From: Trichoplax sp. H2
Taxonomy: Eukaryota
NCBI GenBank assembly: GCA_003344405.1
Contig: NOWV01000001.1
Coordinates: 310,001-374,000, forward strand
Length of the DNA stretch: 64,000 bases
Direction: 5' to 3'
The translations under genes and the position numbers were made by a program. Shown here piece by piece: positions 12,930-24,823 of the stretch. A model generated the notes under the pieces. It had not been told where the DNA came from. It searched no databases and saw nothing but the letters and a program-made list of their open reading frames with translations. The number at the start of each line of letters is the position of its first letter. The stretch's first letter is position 1.

Positions 12930-15340
12930 ATTCTTGTTTTATATTTCTTATCCCTCCGGACATACCAAGTAAAACTAATATTATTCATAAAAATGACACA
13001 TGATCTATTACTAAAAATAAATTATCAGTTATAATATTATCCACAAAGGAAACAACCAGGTACGTTTACTGTTGTTATTTCTAATAACTACTTATACCTA
13101 CGTGTATACATGATTGACATTGATTCTTACTGTTTTGCAGCTCATTATTATAACTTATAAAAGTTCCTTCCTGATCAGACATACAAAGTAAAAACAATAC
13201 TAATCTTAGCAAAATACATGATTCATTATTGCAAGTACTTCATTAATCATTATAAAATATCATAAAGGAAATAGAAAGCTCTCCTGTTCTTAATTGTAAT
13301 AGTATATCTATGTGGATACTAGATGAACTTAACTATTACTATAGGTTAGCTCATCTTACTCCTTATGCATTCTTTTCTAGCCAAATATGAACAAAATAAA
13401 ATAAAACAATTGCAAAGTTCATGATTTATTGTTGTAATTCATTAATCGCAATATTATATTGACCAATTACCCCAATATAACCTACAAATCGTAATAACGT
13501 ACAGCAAAAGGAATAGATAGTAGTTATGTTGCTCTCGCTCTAAAGCTACGTAAACCTTAGTGTGTAGTACTGAAAGTAGGTTTCAGCTTTTGAAATTGGT
13601 TAGCTCATCGTTGTTAGTTTATTAATTTGTTCTTAACCATATACGAAGTAAAGATATTGATATGTATGATTTAAATCGTGATTTATGGTCTAGTAATCAT
13701 AATATCATACCGCCAAAAGAAATTAGATACTTATTTATATTGTTCTCACTTACAGCGCACCAGTTACACCTATGTATTTGCCAGGCAGGCTTCAACTATT
13801 GCCCGTGGCACCATGTGACAGTTCATCTTTATAGATTATAAGATTCCTTTCTATCCAGATATTTTAAACAAAAATGGTACTAATCCTAGTATAATTCACG
13901 ATTTAATATTATAAACAATTTATTAATCGCTGCTTGCATGTGCTACAAAAAATATAAATATTTATCTAAGCTGCTATTCTAATATTTATGTATAGCTACA
14001 TGTGTACAAGCTACTTTTACCGTTTGATAGTTCATTTTTAATATGTTTTAAATATATCTCCAGCCTTATATACAGTAGAATTAATCCTACTTATACTATA
14101 ATGCATGTAAGGAAATCGATAGATACACTAATGATAGTTTTGCCTCCATTAATTATATATACCCTCATAGACTGCAACTCTTGCTGGCTGATAGCTCATA
14201 TTTTACTGGTTTATATGTTCTAATCTGATGTGTGAAAGTGAAAATTTCACTATTTATATCACAATGCCTAAATTCGTTATTAGAATTCATTAATCATTTA
14301 TATACTGCAAAGGAAATAGATAAGTACTTATAGCGTTCTTACTTTGATTAATTCTTGTTCCCTACACAAATACTCCATAGGCCACAATTCTTACCGTTTG
14401 GTAGTCCATTTTACTAATTTATAGATTTATTTCCTCTCTAGAACACAAAAACGAAAATAATACTATTTATAGCATAATGTGTAATGTTATTATTGCAAGT
14501 CCTGCATTAATCACAGTATAGCCTTAGGAAATAGATAAGTAGTGGTCTTCTTACTACTAATAAATTATACCTATTTTCAGATAGGCTAGATAGATTATAG
14601 ATTTATCATTCGGCATTTTAATTTCTACTACCTTCATAATACATTACAAATCAGGTTTACATAAGTAAAGTATTAATCATAAAATGAATTATGATGATGA
14701 TTACAACGAGCCCATTGAATCTTACAAGAAAAGAGAAGCATTATTCTGTCCATTGAGTTAAAATAACCATAATTGTATTAGATCAACTTTAGCTATCATT
14801 ATTTATATAATATTCCATTTAAATAGCTTCTATATTTACCCTAGATTAAACATGCAAACGAAAGAAAGGTATTTGAGCCATAATTTATTACTACAGGTAA
14901 CTCATGTTTCATCATAATACTGTACGCCACAAGCGAGAATAGATATGCTTAATAGATACGGAGATTTCCCTTCTAAATTGCTAATTTCTCCAAATAGGGC
15001 TCACTTATATCACCTGATAGCATATCTTAACTACTCTGCCGTGTATCCCATTCCTAACTCGATATACTAAAGGGACACGATTCATAGAATGATGTTCGAT
15101 GATAGATTATTCTAAGTACGTAATCCCTCGGTCGCTATGCTGCACGATCAAAAGGTACCTATACTATTCCTATTTCTTATACTATCAATATCAGCTAATC
15201 GCCTAATTTTACTAGCTTATAAATAAATTTAATTAAAAAGAGCTAGAGAACATAAAAATAGCTCTTGATCAATAATTTATCATTGGAAGTACTAGAACTC
15301 ATTCATAATAACAATACATTACAAGGAAACGGATTAGTTT
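12930..15340. repeat. Old, degenerate tandem array with ~200-240-bp units
   Basis: aaggaaatagata-like anchor near 13025, 13263, 13506, 13715, 14109, 14308, 14526 and 15322, usually preceded by ttcattaatc (e.g. ~13239, ~13437, ~14286). Confidence 0.65.
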
Positions 15341-15857
15341 CCATGCCACTCTTATGTCATATGGTGCCACTTAACCACTCATTTTTACCAGTAAATCAAT
15401 TTGATTTCAAAGTAGGTATAGAAAAAGTATGATAGCAGACTATGGATAGTGCCGACTTGAATTTAGTATTGCGAATAATGAATGATCAAATTGTAACGAA
15501 TAATTATGACCAAAAACAATACAACAAAGAGATTTTGTTCTTAAAACTTCTAAAAATGACGGCCATAGGTGGTAGTAAAACAACTTTTACATTGTCCAAT
15601 TCTCAGCAAGAGACTTAGAGACCAATTGAAAAGATGTAATGGTGATATTGATCGAATACTGTTGATTGTACCAAAAGAGTGGTATCCAATGAAATAGATG
15701 AAATAATATTTATTTCGCCATATTCGATAATTCATTGTAACTTGCAGCCACACTGTCGATTGAAAAATTTTGATGTGAATGTCCATCCATTGATAAAAAT
15801 TCCAACCGAAAAGAAATTCATACTACAGCAACCTATTAACCAAGTCAAGGCAGAAAA

Positions 15858-16448
15858 ATGAGTTCTAATTTATCCACTAATATGCATACTAGCGTGTCTC
15901 ATAATTGCTTTGCTAGTAAGAAAGCAAGTCTTGTACCTGAAAATAGTGTAAGTGATAAGCGTCATAGCGTTATTAAAGAAATGAGCAAAAGTAGTAGCCG
16001 TTACTTTGATTTTTTACATCGAAGATCGACTGTAAGTACTCGACCAGCACTGAGTAATTCAAATAGTAGGCAAATTTTCGAAAAAGAGCAGAAAGAAGTT
16101 CCTACCTATCAAACTGAGCCACGACATAAGTTTAAAGTTGATGAGGTCAATGGAATTATTTATGATGTCTTAGCTGATCATCTTAAGGATAGATCTTACA
16201 GCAGTATTCATGGTGGCCAATTATCTATCGAAATGAGTCAAACTATCCAAAATGAAGTTAAATTACGGCAAAAGTTAGAACGCTATAAAATTGTAACATC
16301 AATATGGCTAGGCCAAAACAGAGGACAAGGCACAAATGTTGCCAGTCGTTGCTTGTGGAATAGTGATTTTGATAATTATGCATCGGCTACATTCACCAAT
16401 GAAACGATCTTTGCTATTGGACTCGTATTTGCTACATACGTAGATTAA
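15858..16448 (+). CDS. Second Tctex-1 domain protein (TCTEX1D/TCTE3-like); single coding exon, 196 aa
   Basis: PTYQTEPRHKFKV...ERYKIVTSIWLGQNRGQGTNVASRCLWNSDFDNYASATFTNETIFAIGLVFATYVD, with a Ser-rich N-terminal extension. Confidence 0.9.
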   Translation: MSSNLSTNMHTSVSHNCFASKKASLVPENSVSDKRHSVIKEMSKSSSRYFDFLHRRSTVSTRPALSNSNSRQIFEKEQKEVPTYQTEPRHKFKVDEVNGIIYDVLADHLKDRSYSSIHGGQLSIEMSQTIQNEVKLRQKLERYKIVTSIWLGQNRGQGTNVASRCLWNSDFDNYASATFTNETIFAIGLVFATYVD

Positions 16449-16581
16449 TCACTAATAGGTGAAGTTTTATCAGTTATAATCAGCTTTCAATCCATCAAAT
16501 AATCCAGTCATTATCGGTCTATTCTGTACCAATTTGATATGATAACTTCTAAGTTAATCATGACTTGCAATAGATTCTCGC

Positions 16582-16829
16582 CTTATCGTTAGAGAACCAT
16601 TCAAAAAGCGATAATTAGTAATAATCTTTTCGTAAAGGACTGGATTGGACGCATTCTATACTAATTTAATTAAATTATTTTGATCAAGTTAATCGACTTC
16701 ATTGCTTTAATCAAGACTGTTAAAATAATTTTCACCCTAACGCCAGAGATCCATTCAAGAAATGGCGACAGCAACTTAGAATAATCCCTTTGTGAAATTT
16801 TGGATTGGATGCTGTGGTGTCTTTATCTT
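16582..16829. repeat. Diverged direct duplication of ~75-90 bp (16582-16655 and 16736-16815)
   Basis: agagaaccattcaaaaagcga...ataatcttttcgtaaaggactggattggacgc versus agagatccattcaagaaatggcga...ataatccctttgtgaaattttggattggatgc. Confidence 0.6.
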
Positions 16830-19800
16830 CTGATATAAAGTCAAGAATATTTACCATTCCAAAAGTGAAAGATTTTTCTTTTTAGTTCGTCAACATTAAG
16901 CATCTTAATTTTATTGGTAAAGACAAGGACATTAACCTTAAATAAGTATTATTATCCGTCATCTAATTCTTAATCTAAATCTTAACCTCTTTATGTTATT
17001 GAGGACATGGAAACGAATGTCAAATAAGTGAAATGCTCACCATGTAATGATCAAGGCCAAATTCTTTCGGATTACTGTTTGTTGTTATGTTCTTTGTAAT
17101 GGAAACTAATTTGGCAGGATTACTCTTGAAAATGACTACAGTTAGCTGTATCATATGGCTGCTATTATCTTTCTTCTAATTCCCTTATTATAGGGTAGGC
17201 AGTACTTGCTATTTCTTAATTTAACATTTGACGTAGCTAAGTAAAACAGGCACTATCGTCTACTTCATAAAGACTATCGAAACTACCTTCCTGATCGTCT
17301 AACTCACTCATCGTCATATTGCTGCCATAGAATGTATAACTATGAAATGCTCCAAATAATAATCTCGCATTTGCTTATCCGATTTAAATGTCGATGTTTA
17401 TCCTAATTTATTCGCTAAGATCTCTCAAAACGTCCGAATATACATTAGATATCTTGTAATTGTGATTAAATTCGTTAAAAATAAGCTTATATCTATTCAT
17501 TCTATTTTCAATATACAGTATGACAGTGATTGAAAATAGAGATCATGAGTTCATGTCTATTCTTCATTTTATTTCAATATATATTTAACATATCAAAATA
17601 GCAGTCCAGTATAGCCTGGTTAATTTATAACAGTAGAATGGGCAGAAAAGGTTTAATTTTGTCATTGCTAGATTATACAGACATATAAACAGTCTATAGT
17701 ACGAATATTTAGTTCCGATAGTAATTCATGGTAAATCATTCTATATGGTTGCAAATGCTTAACTAGATTTAATCAGTTGGCGATATTGACGATAAAAAGT
17801 GTTTTATCCTTTCTGCAATGATTGCCTACTGTATGAGGATTTTATTATATATGGCAACGTTATATCGTGTTTCATTTCTATCTTGATGATATCATTATAC
17901 CGGCAAATCGGCTCAGCTAATTTTAATGGTATAATGACATCTACTAAGCTAATATCCACTTTTAGTTTATTTATTCTTATCGTTTAGATTTAAGATTAGC
18001 TTCTACTCATACTTACTATACAGCATGACGGCTTGAATTTAATGTTCAGAGGTATCTTTATGAGTTACTGGTAAGATTGACTGAAATATCAGATGTGCCA
18101 TAATCTTCGTTTTAGTATTTATATTTCTTGGATAGTAAACTGAGATAAAGCATTAATACTTTAGGGTTATCCATTTACTGCTTTAAACTTTAATTTACTC
18201 TAGGATTTGTATCTATCCTATAGTTTCTAATCTAAGTACGTGAATATTGAATAATAATGAGCTAATAACTGTTAGATATGAACATTAAAATTGATTTCGT
18301 TGTATGCAAACAAGATATGCTATTTATGCTATGATACCGCATTATATCTTATCCATTCACTTTTAAACTATTTTGATCGGCTGACAGTTATGTTCAATAA
18401 CCTTGATTTCATCTAAAACTATACTTGATATATCCACTGTATCTGATTGATACTTCGTGTATTAAAAACTTTCCCTCTTAGCTGTCTTGTTTCTTATCAA
18501 TTATTAATTTGCCACCAGTGAATTAATTTAACCGAAGCTATACCTTTTCGCGTATTCCTATTACGACTTTACATCACTCTTATCCGTTAAAGAGTTTCAA
18601 AATAGCTTGATTCTATAAACAATCTCTAGTTATCCAGTTATATAATTATAAATCGATTTATTAGCTTCGATTAAGCTTACGACTACAGTTATTAAATCAT
18701 TACATCCATATGTGTAACTAAGATACAAGCCTACTATTTCAAAATTTTTTTATAACAGCAATTACTGTATTGTAATTCTATTAACTACGGTGGTTAAATT
18801 AGTTATTCCGTTTTTAACTATAATTCAATGGTTCAAATAAGGTAAGATCACTTTAGATTATTTTCTACTGGAAATAAATTAGCTTATAGTACGAATACAT
18901 CTATTCAAATTTACTTTTGAAGATTCAGTTTTGATTGAATCCGCTCTTGACCCACTAGTGTTTTCTGATGATAAGTAATAACTTTTCATGAATATTTCTT
19001 ACGCGTTGTTTGCACTTATTGTAAAGTGTACGATAGGATGTATTTTCTTAACGCCAGATAGAGCTTTGTACTCACATTGAGTATATTGAATGACCTTTTC
19101 GATTTCAATTTTATGCAGAGTTTGTTTATTTTTGTGTTTACTTACTATTCACATTGATTAATTTACCACTAACGAAACTAGTCTAAATAGCATTGAACTT
19201 CGAAAGTATAGAGTATTAGTGAATCGCATTTTTAATTTATATTTATTATAGAGTAACAAATATTAATAATAATTATAGTAGCTCTTATTTCGCTGTATTC
19301 TTTTACACAAGCAAGTATGTCGGACCTATACCCGTATATCTGTGGTATTGCTACTTCTAGTCATCTCTTTAATTGTATTCAAATTTCAAGTCTGACTGAT
19401 GCTAGAATTGCACTGGACTCAACTGTAGGGTTGTAACCAACTACGTTTGCTGTTTAACGATTCACCGAAATCTGGGCTTCCGTAGCTTGCTCCACAGTTT
19501 GTTACTGCTGGTCAAAGCTACATTAGCTTAGCCGTATTAAAATTAAGCAGCAAGTGTGATTGTACTTTAGATTTATATATACTGTACAGTACAATTATTA
19601 CTGTAATAAATTACCTATCGCTATTATCCAGTAGTAAAGACTAACGCCGAAGTTTTTGTAAACGACAAACTCCAATGCACAAAATTAGCACAAACCTATA
19701 ATGCAGAAAAAATTCATAAACAAAGCAGGGAAAATCTATTTTAATGACTAAATGACATTTGAAGTTAACCAAATTACTGCTTCCTATATCATCATTATAT

Positions 19801-20244
19801 TCAACAACCAACCGGTGATTAGTCATCTAATAAAGTTTGAATCAATTGATCGATAACAGCTAAACTAATATAGTCACTAAATCGTCGCTCGTAGTCGCTT
19901 TAAGGCCGATTAGATACGAACAAAAATGACATAAGGATATATAAATGTGAAAAAATTTTAGACGAAAATATTACATTAGGACACTGTACAGTCATTTCTA
20001 AAGTTACTATTTTATATCATGTAATCAATATACAGCAAATAATTACAATGTTAGGAGATTACGTAAGTGCATGCCATGAATACTAAGATAGCCACAATTG
20101 TGCACATATTGTTGATGCACCGGTATATCATCATTAATGCCAATAAACTAGGCGTCTATTAAAAAAGCACCTTCTTACGTATTGTAAAACGTACTAAGGT
20201 AACACATTACACATAGCCAATGGCTATCCAATTTTGTATTGTGA

Positions 20245-22692
20245 TTATTTCACCAAGGGTCGAATAGATTCTGAATCATCCGTGCATACTTGGGATTTAT
20301 ATTTGTCAACTTCAGCCATATAAGCCTTCCATGCAGAAGATTTTTCACTGTCGTCCTATATTAGTAATTTAGTATATAGATACTGTTACGGATGAGTAGT
20401 AAGAGCATTTTAGCTATTTGTGATATTTAATTAAACTACAGCATGATTATTTTACAAACAGTACTTCTATAGAATTGAATTGCAAAATAATAGTAAGCAA
20501 TGTGATAAGTTTAATTGCGATCAGGATCCAATAATTATGATAGTTCTAAAATTTGATTTTAAGACCAACATACTGCTATTACATTTGTGAATTAGTTACC
20601 AGTCACAGTCCTGATTTCTGAACAAAAATGTGTCACTAAAACTATACCATTAAACAGCAGTAACGCTAGTGTAAATTAATTAGTAAAGTACGCGTATGTA
20701 GTGTAACATATTAAAATGTACGATATCGATCAATCGAATCTTTAAAACAGTAACTGCATTAACAATCATGTCAGGTACATTGTGAAGTTATATGTTCAAG
20801 ATTTAATACTAATTAATTCATCAATATATATATAACTATAGATATCGGTCGAATTAATGACTGGAAAATTATCATAATTGACCATTTTCTGCAGTTTTAT
20901 CTAAAGAGTCTACATGAATCAGTGCATTAGTATATATTCGAAAAGAGTCTATGATACACTATTTGATTAGATATCAAAAAAAGTAACTGTAATAAACAAC
21001 AATTGGTTCATTCCTGTCATTGGACTAAAATAGTAGTACAGTTTGATCCAGCCAGTAATGTTAGAATCAAAAATCAACTCTGGTAATGTATAATTTATTC
21101 ATTCCTATTATCAGAGTGAAATAGTAGTGTAGTTTAATGTTGCTAGTGATGTTAGAATCAAAAATCAACTCTAACAATATATAATTTGTTCATTTCTATC
21201 ATTGGAATAAAGTAGTAGTGCAGCTTGATGCTGCCGGAATCAAATCAACTCTAGCAATGTACAATTCGTTCATTTCTATCATCGGATTGAAATAATAATG
21301 CAGTTTGATACCGTTAGTGATGTCCGATATTAAAAATTAATTCTAGTACTGTCTAGTTTGTTCATTTCAATTATATAATTATAATTAATTATCGACTAAA
21401 ATACTAAATGAGCGTATTATAGTCGATGGTGATGTTCGATATCAAACTGATGCTCGTAAGGTACAATTTTATCCATCTCTAGAATCGATTAAAATACTAA
21501 TATAGTAGTTAATGCTGATAGTGATGTCGAACATCAAATGAGCTGCAACAAAGTATAATTTGTTCTATTGATCATGGACTAAAGTAATACTACAGTCGAT
21601 GGTGATGTTCCATATTTTACAGATTCGCATAAGGTACTGTACAATTTTGTCCATCTCTAGCATCGACTAATATAATATACTAGTTAATGCCGGTAGTGAT
21701 GTCGAATATTAAATTGGACTGCAATAGAGTACAATTTCTTCATTTCTATCATGGGCTAAAATAACATTATAGTCGATGCTGATGTGATTATTCAATATCT
21801 ACTTTTCATTTCTATCACCCATAATAATTAATCAATGGATAGATCAATAAATGATGGGTTTGTGCAGAATCATTTAGATTGAGTCAGTGATATGTTAAAG
21901 GTTGAAAATTCTACCCTAGTAAAGTACAATTTGTTCATTTCTATGATGATTGACGATTTTACTAATCAATACAAGAAGAATCATCCATTTAATTTTATGA
22001 TGATTACAGTTTTATCTACGGATTTTATTAACTACGCATATCAACTGACTTGATCTTGCTTTTGCTTTTTTGAATCGTCCTTTGAGGCATGTGAGGTACC
22101 TTTTCTCTTGGCCTAGAAATTAGAAACTTGCTAATTAATAACTCTGTTGTTGCTAAGATTGTCGCTGTAACTTGGTGTTTGAACTTGATATATCATCCAA
22201 GAACTGTTCTAAAAATTTTTTTTGCAAGTCGATGGCGATCAAAACAATGCAATAGTAACGATCTAAAATGGATGATGGAATCGTTCTCTGGTACAAGATT
22301 AAGACTGCAGACTGTATGCACATCAGAGTACAACTTGTGGTCTAGTCTAATTGTGCATCATTGTCATCCAAAATTTAAGGATTGGATTAGAATGCTTTCA
22401 ACTGTGACTTCATCCTACAGTAGAGTAGGAAAAGAAGTAGGATAGACAACCATCTATTACTACACCAGATTGCTCATGCCTGCACCTGCAACTGATTATT
22501 TAATCTCTTTAATTTAGCTTCATTTTTTTTCTTGGTTTTCTCCTCTTTTCTCTGTTTCTCGAATTCCATTTCTTGTAATTTCTTTTTATACACTTCTAGA
22601 AAGCTTCCATCGTTGGAAAAAGTGTTGACTTTGGCGGTTATTTCCTGGTTATTTTCCTCTTTTGTATCATCGCTCGAGTTGATGGACGCCAT
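20245..22692 (-). CDS. TRIR: Telomerase RNA component interacting RNase (C19orf43) homolog, 126 aa; exons 22692-22486, 22112-22050, 20355-20245
   Basis: NTFSNDGSFLEVYKKK motif in exon 1. Last exon SSAWKAYMAEVDKYKSQVCTDDSESIRPLVK* matches the TRIR C-terminus. All introns are phase 0 GT-AG. Confidence 0.9.
20810..21950. repeat. Tandem array of ~90-bp units (about 10 copies) in TRIR intron 2
   Basis: aatttgttcatttctatc-like anchor at ~21001, 21092, 21183, 21263, 21355, 21464, 21557, 21643, 21733 and 21928; tgttagaatcaaaaatcaactc at ~21059 and ~21150. Confidence 0.85.
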
Positions 22693-22744
22693 GATGGCGA
22701 TTCGTCGTTTACTCTATGGTACCCTCGACTGACTGGAGCGAAAC

Positions 22745-22865
22745 GATCCGGTACAGTAGTTGCAGTACCGTACCGTACCGTATCGTTCCCGAGACCTGGC
22801 AGGAATTGTGTATCGCCTACCAATATTGGATAGCAATATACTGTTCAGTACGGCACTGTACTTTA
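22745..22865. promoter_or_regulatory. GTAC/CAGTA motif array just 5' of TRIR
   Basis: ggtacagtagttgcagtaccgtaccgtaccgta and actgttcagtacggcactgtac, 55-170 bp upstream of the ATG at 22692. Confidence 0.55.
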
Positions 22866-24823
22866 TAACACATACTATGAAAGATTACGGAGATGGGGAG
22901 TGCAACATGCGTTGCACCAAGTGGCTAATTTCAACTCGATCTATCCATGATAGTCATATTGTATAGAACTGATGCGTTACTTGCGTACACATACAGCGTT
23001 TTGACCGCCGATGGAGAAATAATTTCAAAATTTGATTACTATAACCCTGTTAAGACTGCTTGAAGTAAACGCAGCACTATATCTACAACAGTACTGTCAT
23101 CGATTTATGAGCATAAAATTGAGAATATTAATATTGATTCCATTTCTGCAAAAATCATTCTACGGTGCTGCATGCTGCAACACAATCTGCGCTATTTTAA
23201 TATTATTATTGTTTATTAATTGAATATTTAGTTGGTTGACTTTTTCCTAATCTAGCAGGGATCAACCATAATGTAAGGCCCCGAACACCTAGCGTAGCTT
23301 TGGCCAGGGTTTAACAATTAATTGAAGATTTATGGATGACCAAGCTCTATTACTTTATTACAGTGTGAGACAAATAGTGAAAATCAACACCAAATGGTTA
23401 ACTATGCGAGTACTGTATACGCGCATTTTCACCAACGCTGAGCCAATAGTACCGATAAACGCCTTTTTCTAGCCTAAATTGAATATTCTAGTTATAAATG
23501 AAATAAACAATAAATCTAAGAAATAAGTTAATTAAAAACATTTTACCTTCAACTACCTAAATGTCAGTCTTATCATCATTACACACAGTACAGTGCTATA
23601 TTCAGTCAGCAATCCACAAAAACATTTATCGCTAGAAGTTAGGAGTAAACTTTTACGAAAGTAAATCAAACCCAAATCAAAGTATAGCAATGCTCTATAC
23701 TATCTCATTCATTGTCTCCATCTACAATCCGTTAACGTCTATACGGACATACACATCCTGTAAATAAAATCACATTCAATTCAATCAAAGTATTCACAGC
23801 TTTAGGAGTGTAATATTTGATCCATGTTTTTTTTAATTAATTGTCTAACACGAAGAGTGATATAGAGAATAACTTCTTGCATTTAATATTGATGCGTTAA
23901 CAAAATATTTACGCATTACATATCTTGTTCATCAGTAGCGAACAAATAACAAATGTCAATAGAATGGCAATTTTACAAGCTGCACAAACAGTATGGGAGA
24001 TTAATTTCAAGTATACGCCTAATGATTGTACCATAGCTAGAAGTACAATTTGAATATGGCCAATAATAAGGTATTCATTTAATTAAAACGGAATTTTTGA
24101 ACTATAGGCAGTCTTGTTGCTAAGACCAATTAATGCTAATTTGTTGTCAATCAGTATCAGTAACAACTTCCTCTTATATAATGGAAGATAGTATAAAACC
24201 TGATGATTTAAAGCAATCGTATAATGCCCATAACTAATTTATCGAGCATCGTTTCGAGCTTTTTACAAAAGAATTTAAAACATTTTACAATCACTCATAA
24301 CAGTTCTAGCATTTCTAGCATTCGCTATGATAGCAATAAGAATTTTTGTTCTCAAACGATTATGTCGGTAAACGAGATAATTAAATAACGTGCAATACTT
24401 TCAATAACATTCGTGGTAAGAAAAGAATTCTAGCAGTACAGCACAATATAGTTAGGTTTATACAGTAAAAAGTATTATATTAATTTTTTTATCAGTATTA
24501 TAGGTAGAAAATTACTATTCGTAACTTTATCTTTAGCAGACCCAAATACCACAGTAGGGCTATAAGGACATAATCTATTCAGGTAATCGGTTGAATCTTA
24601 GTGAAATAATTTCATGACATAGAGCATGGAAACATAAAATATAAATAATCATAGATTAATAAAGTATTAAGGATAAAATGAACGATTCCTTGTCCAACAA
24701 ATACACCTAGGTGCCCTATCACCAAATCTGCATTATATGCATACCATCAAAAAATTACAAAACTAACAAAGTTATAATATTGACGTTAATACCAGATGAT
24801 GAATAACCTACCATACAAATACA

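Noticed and set aside
15679-15861. 60-aa ORF overlapping the second Tctex start (ATGA)
   Set aside because: It starts at GTG and has no homology I recognise; operon-style coupling is not expected in an animal gene.
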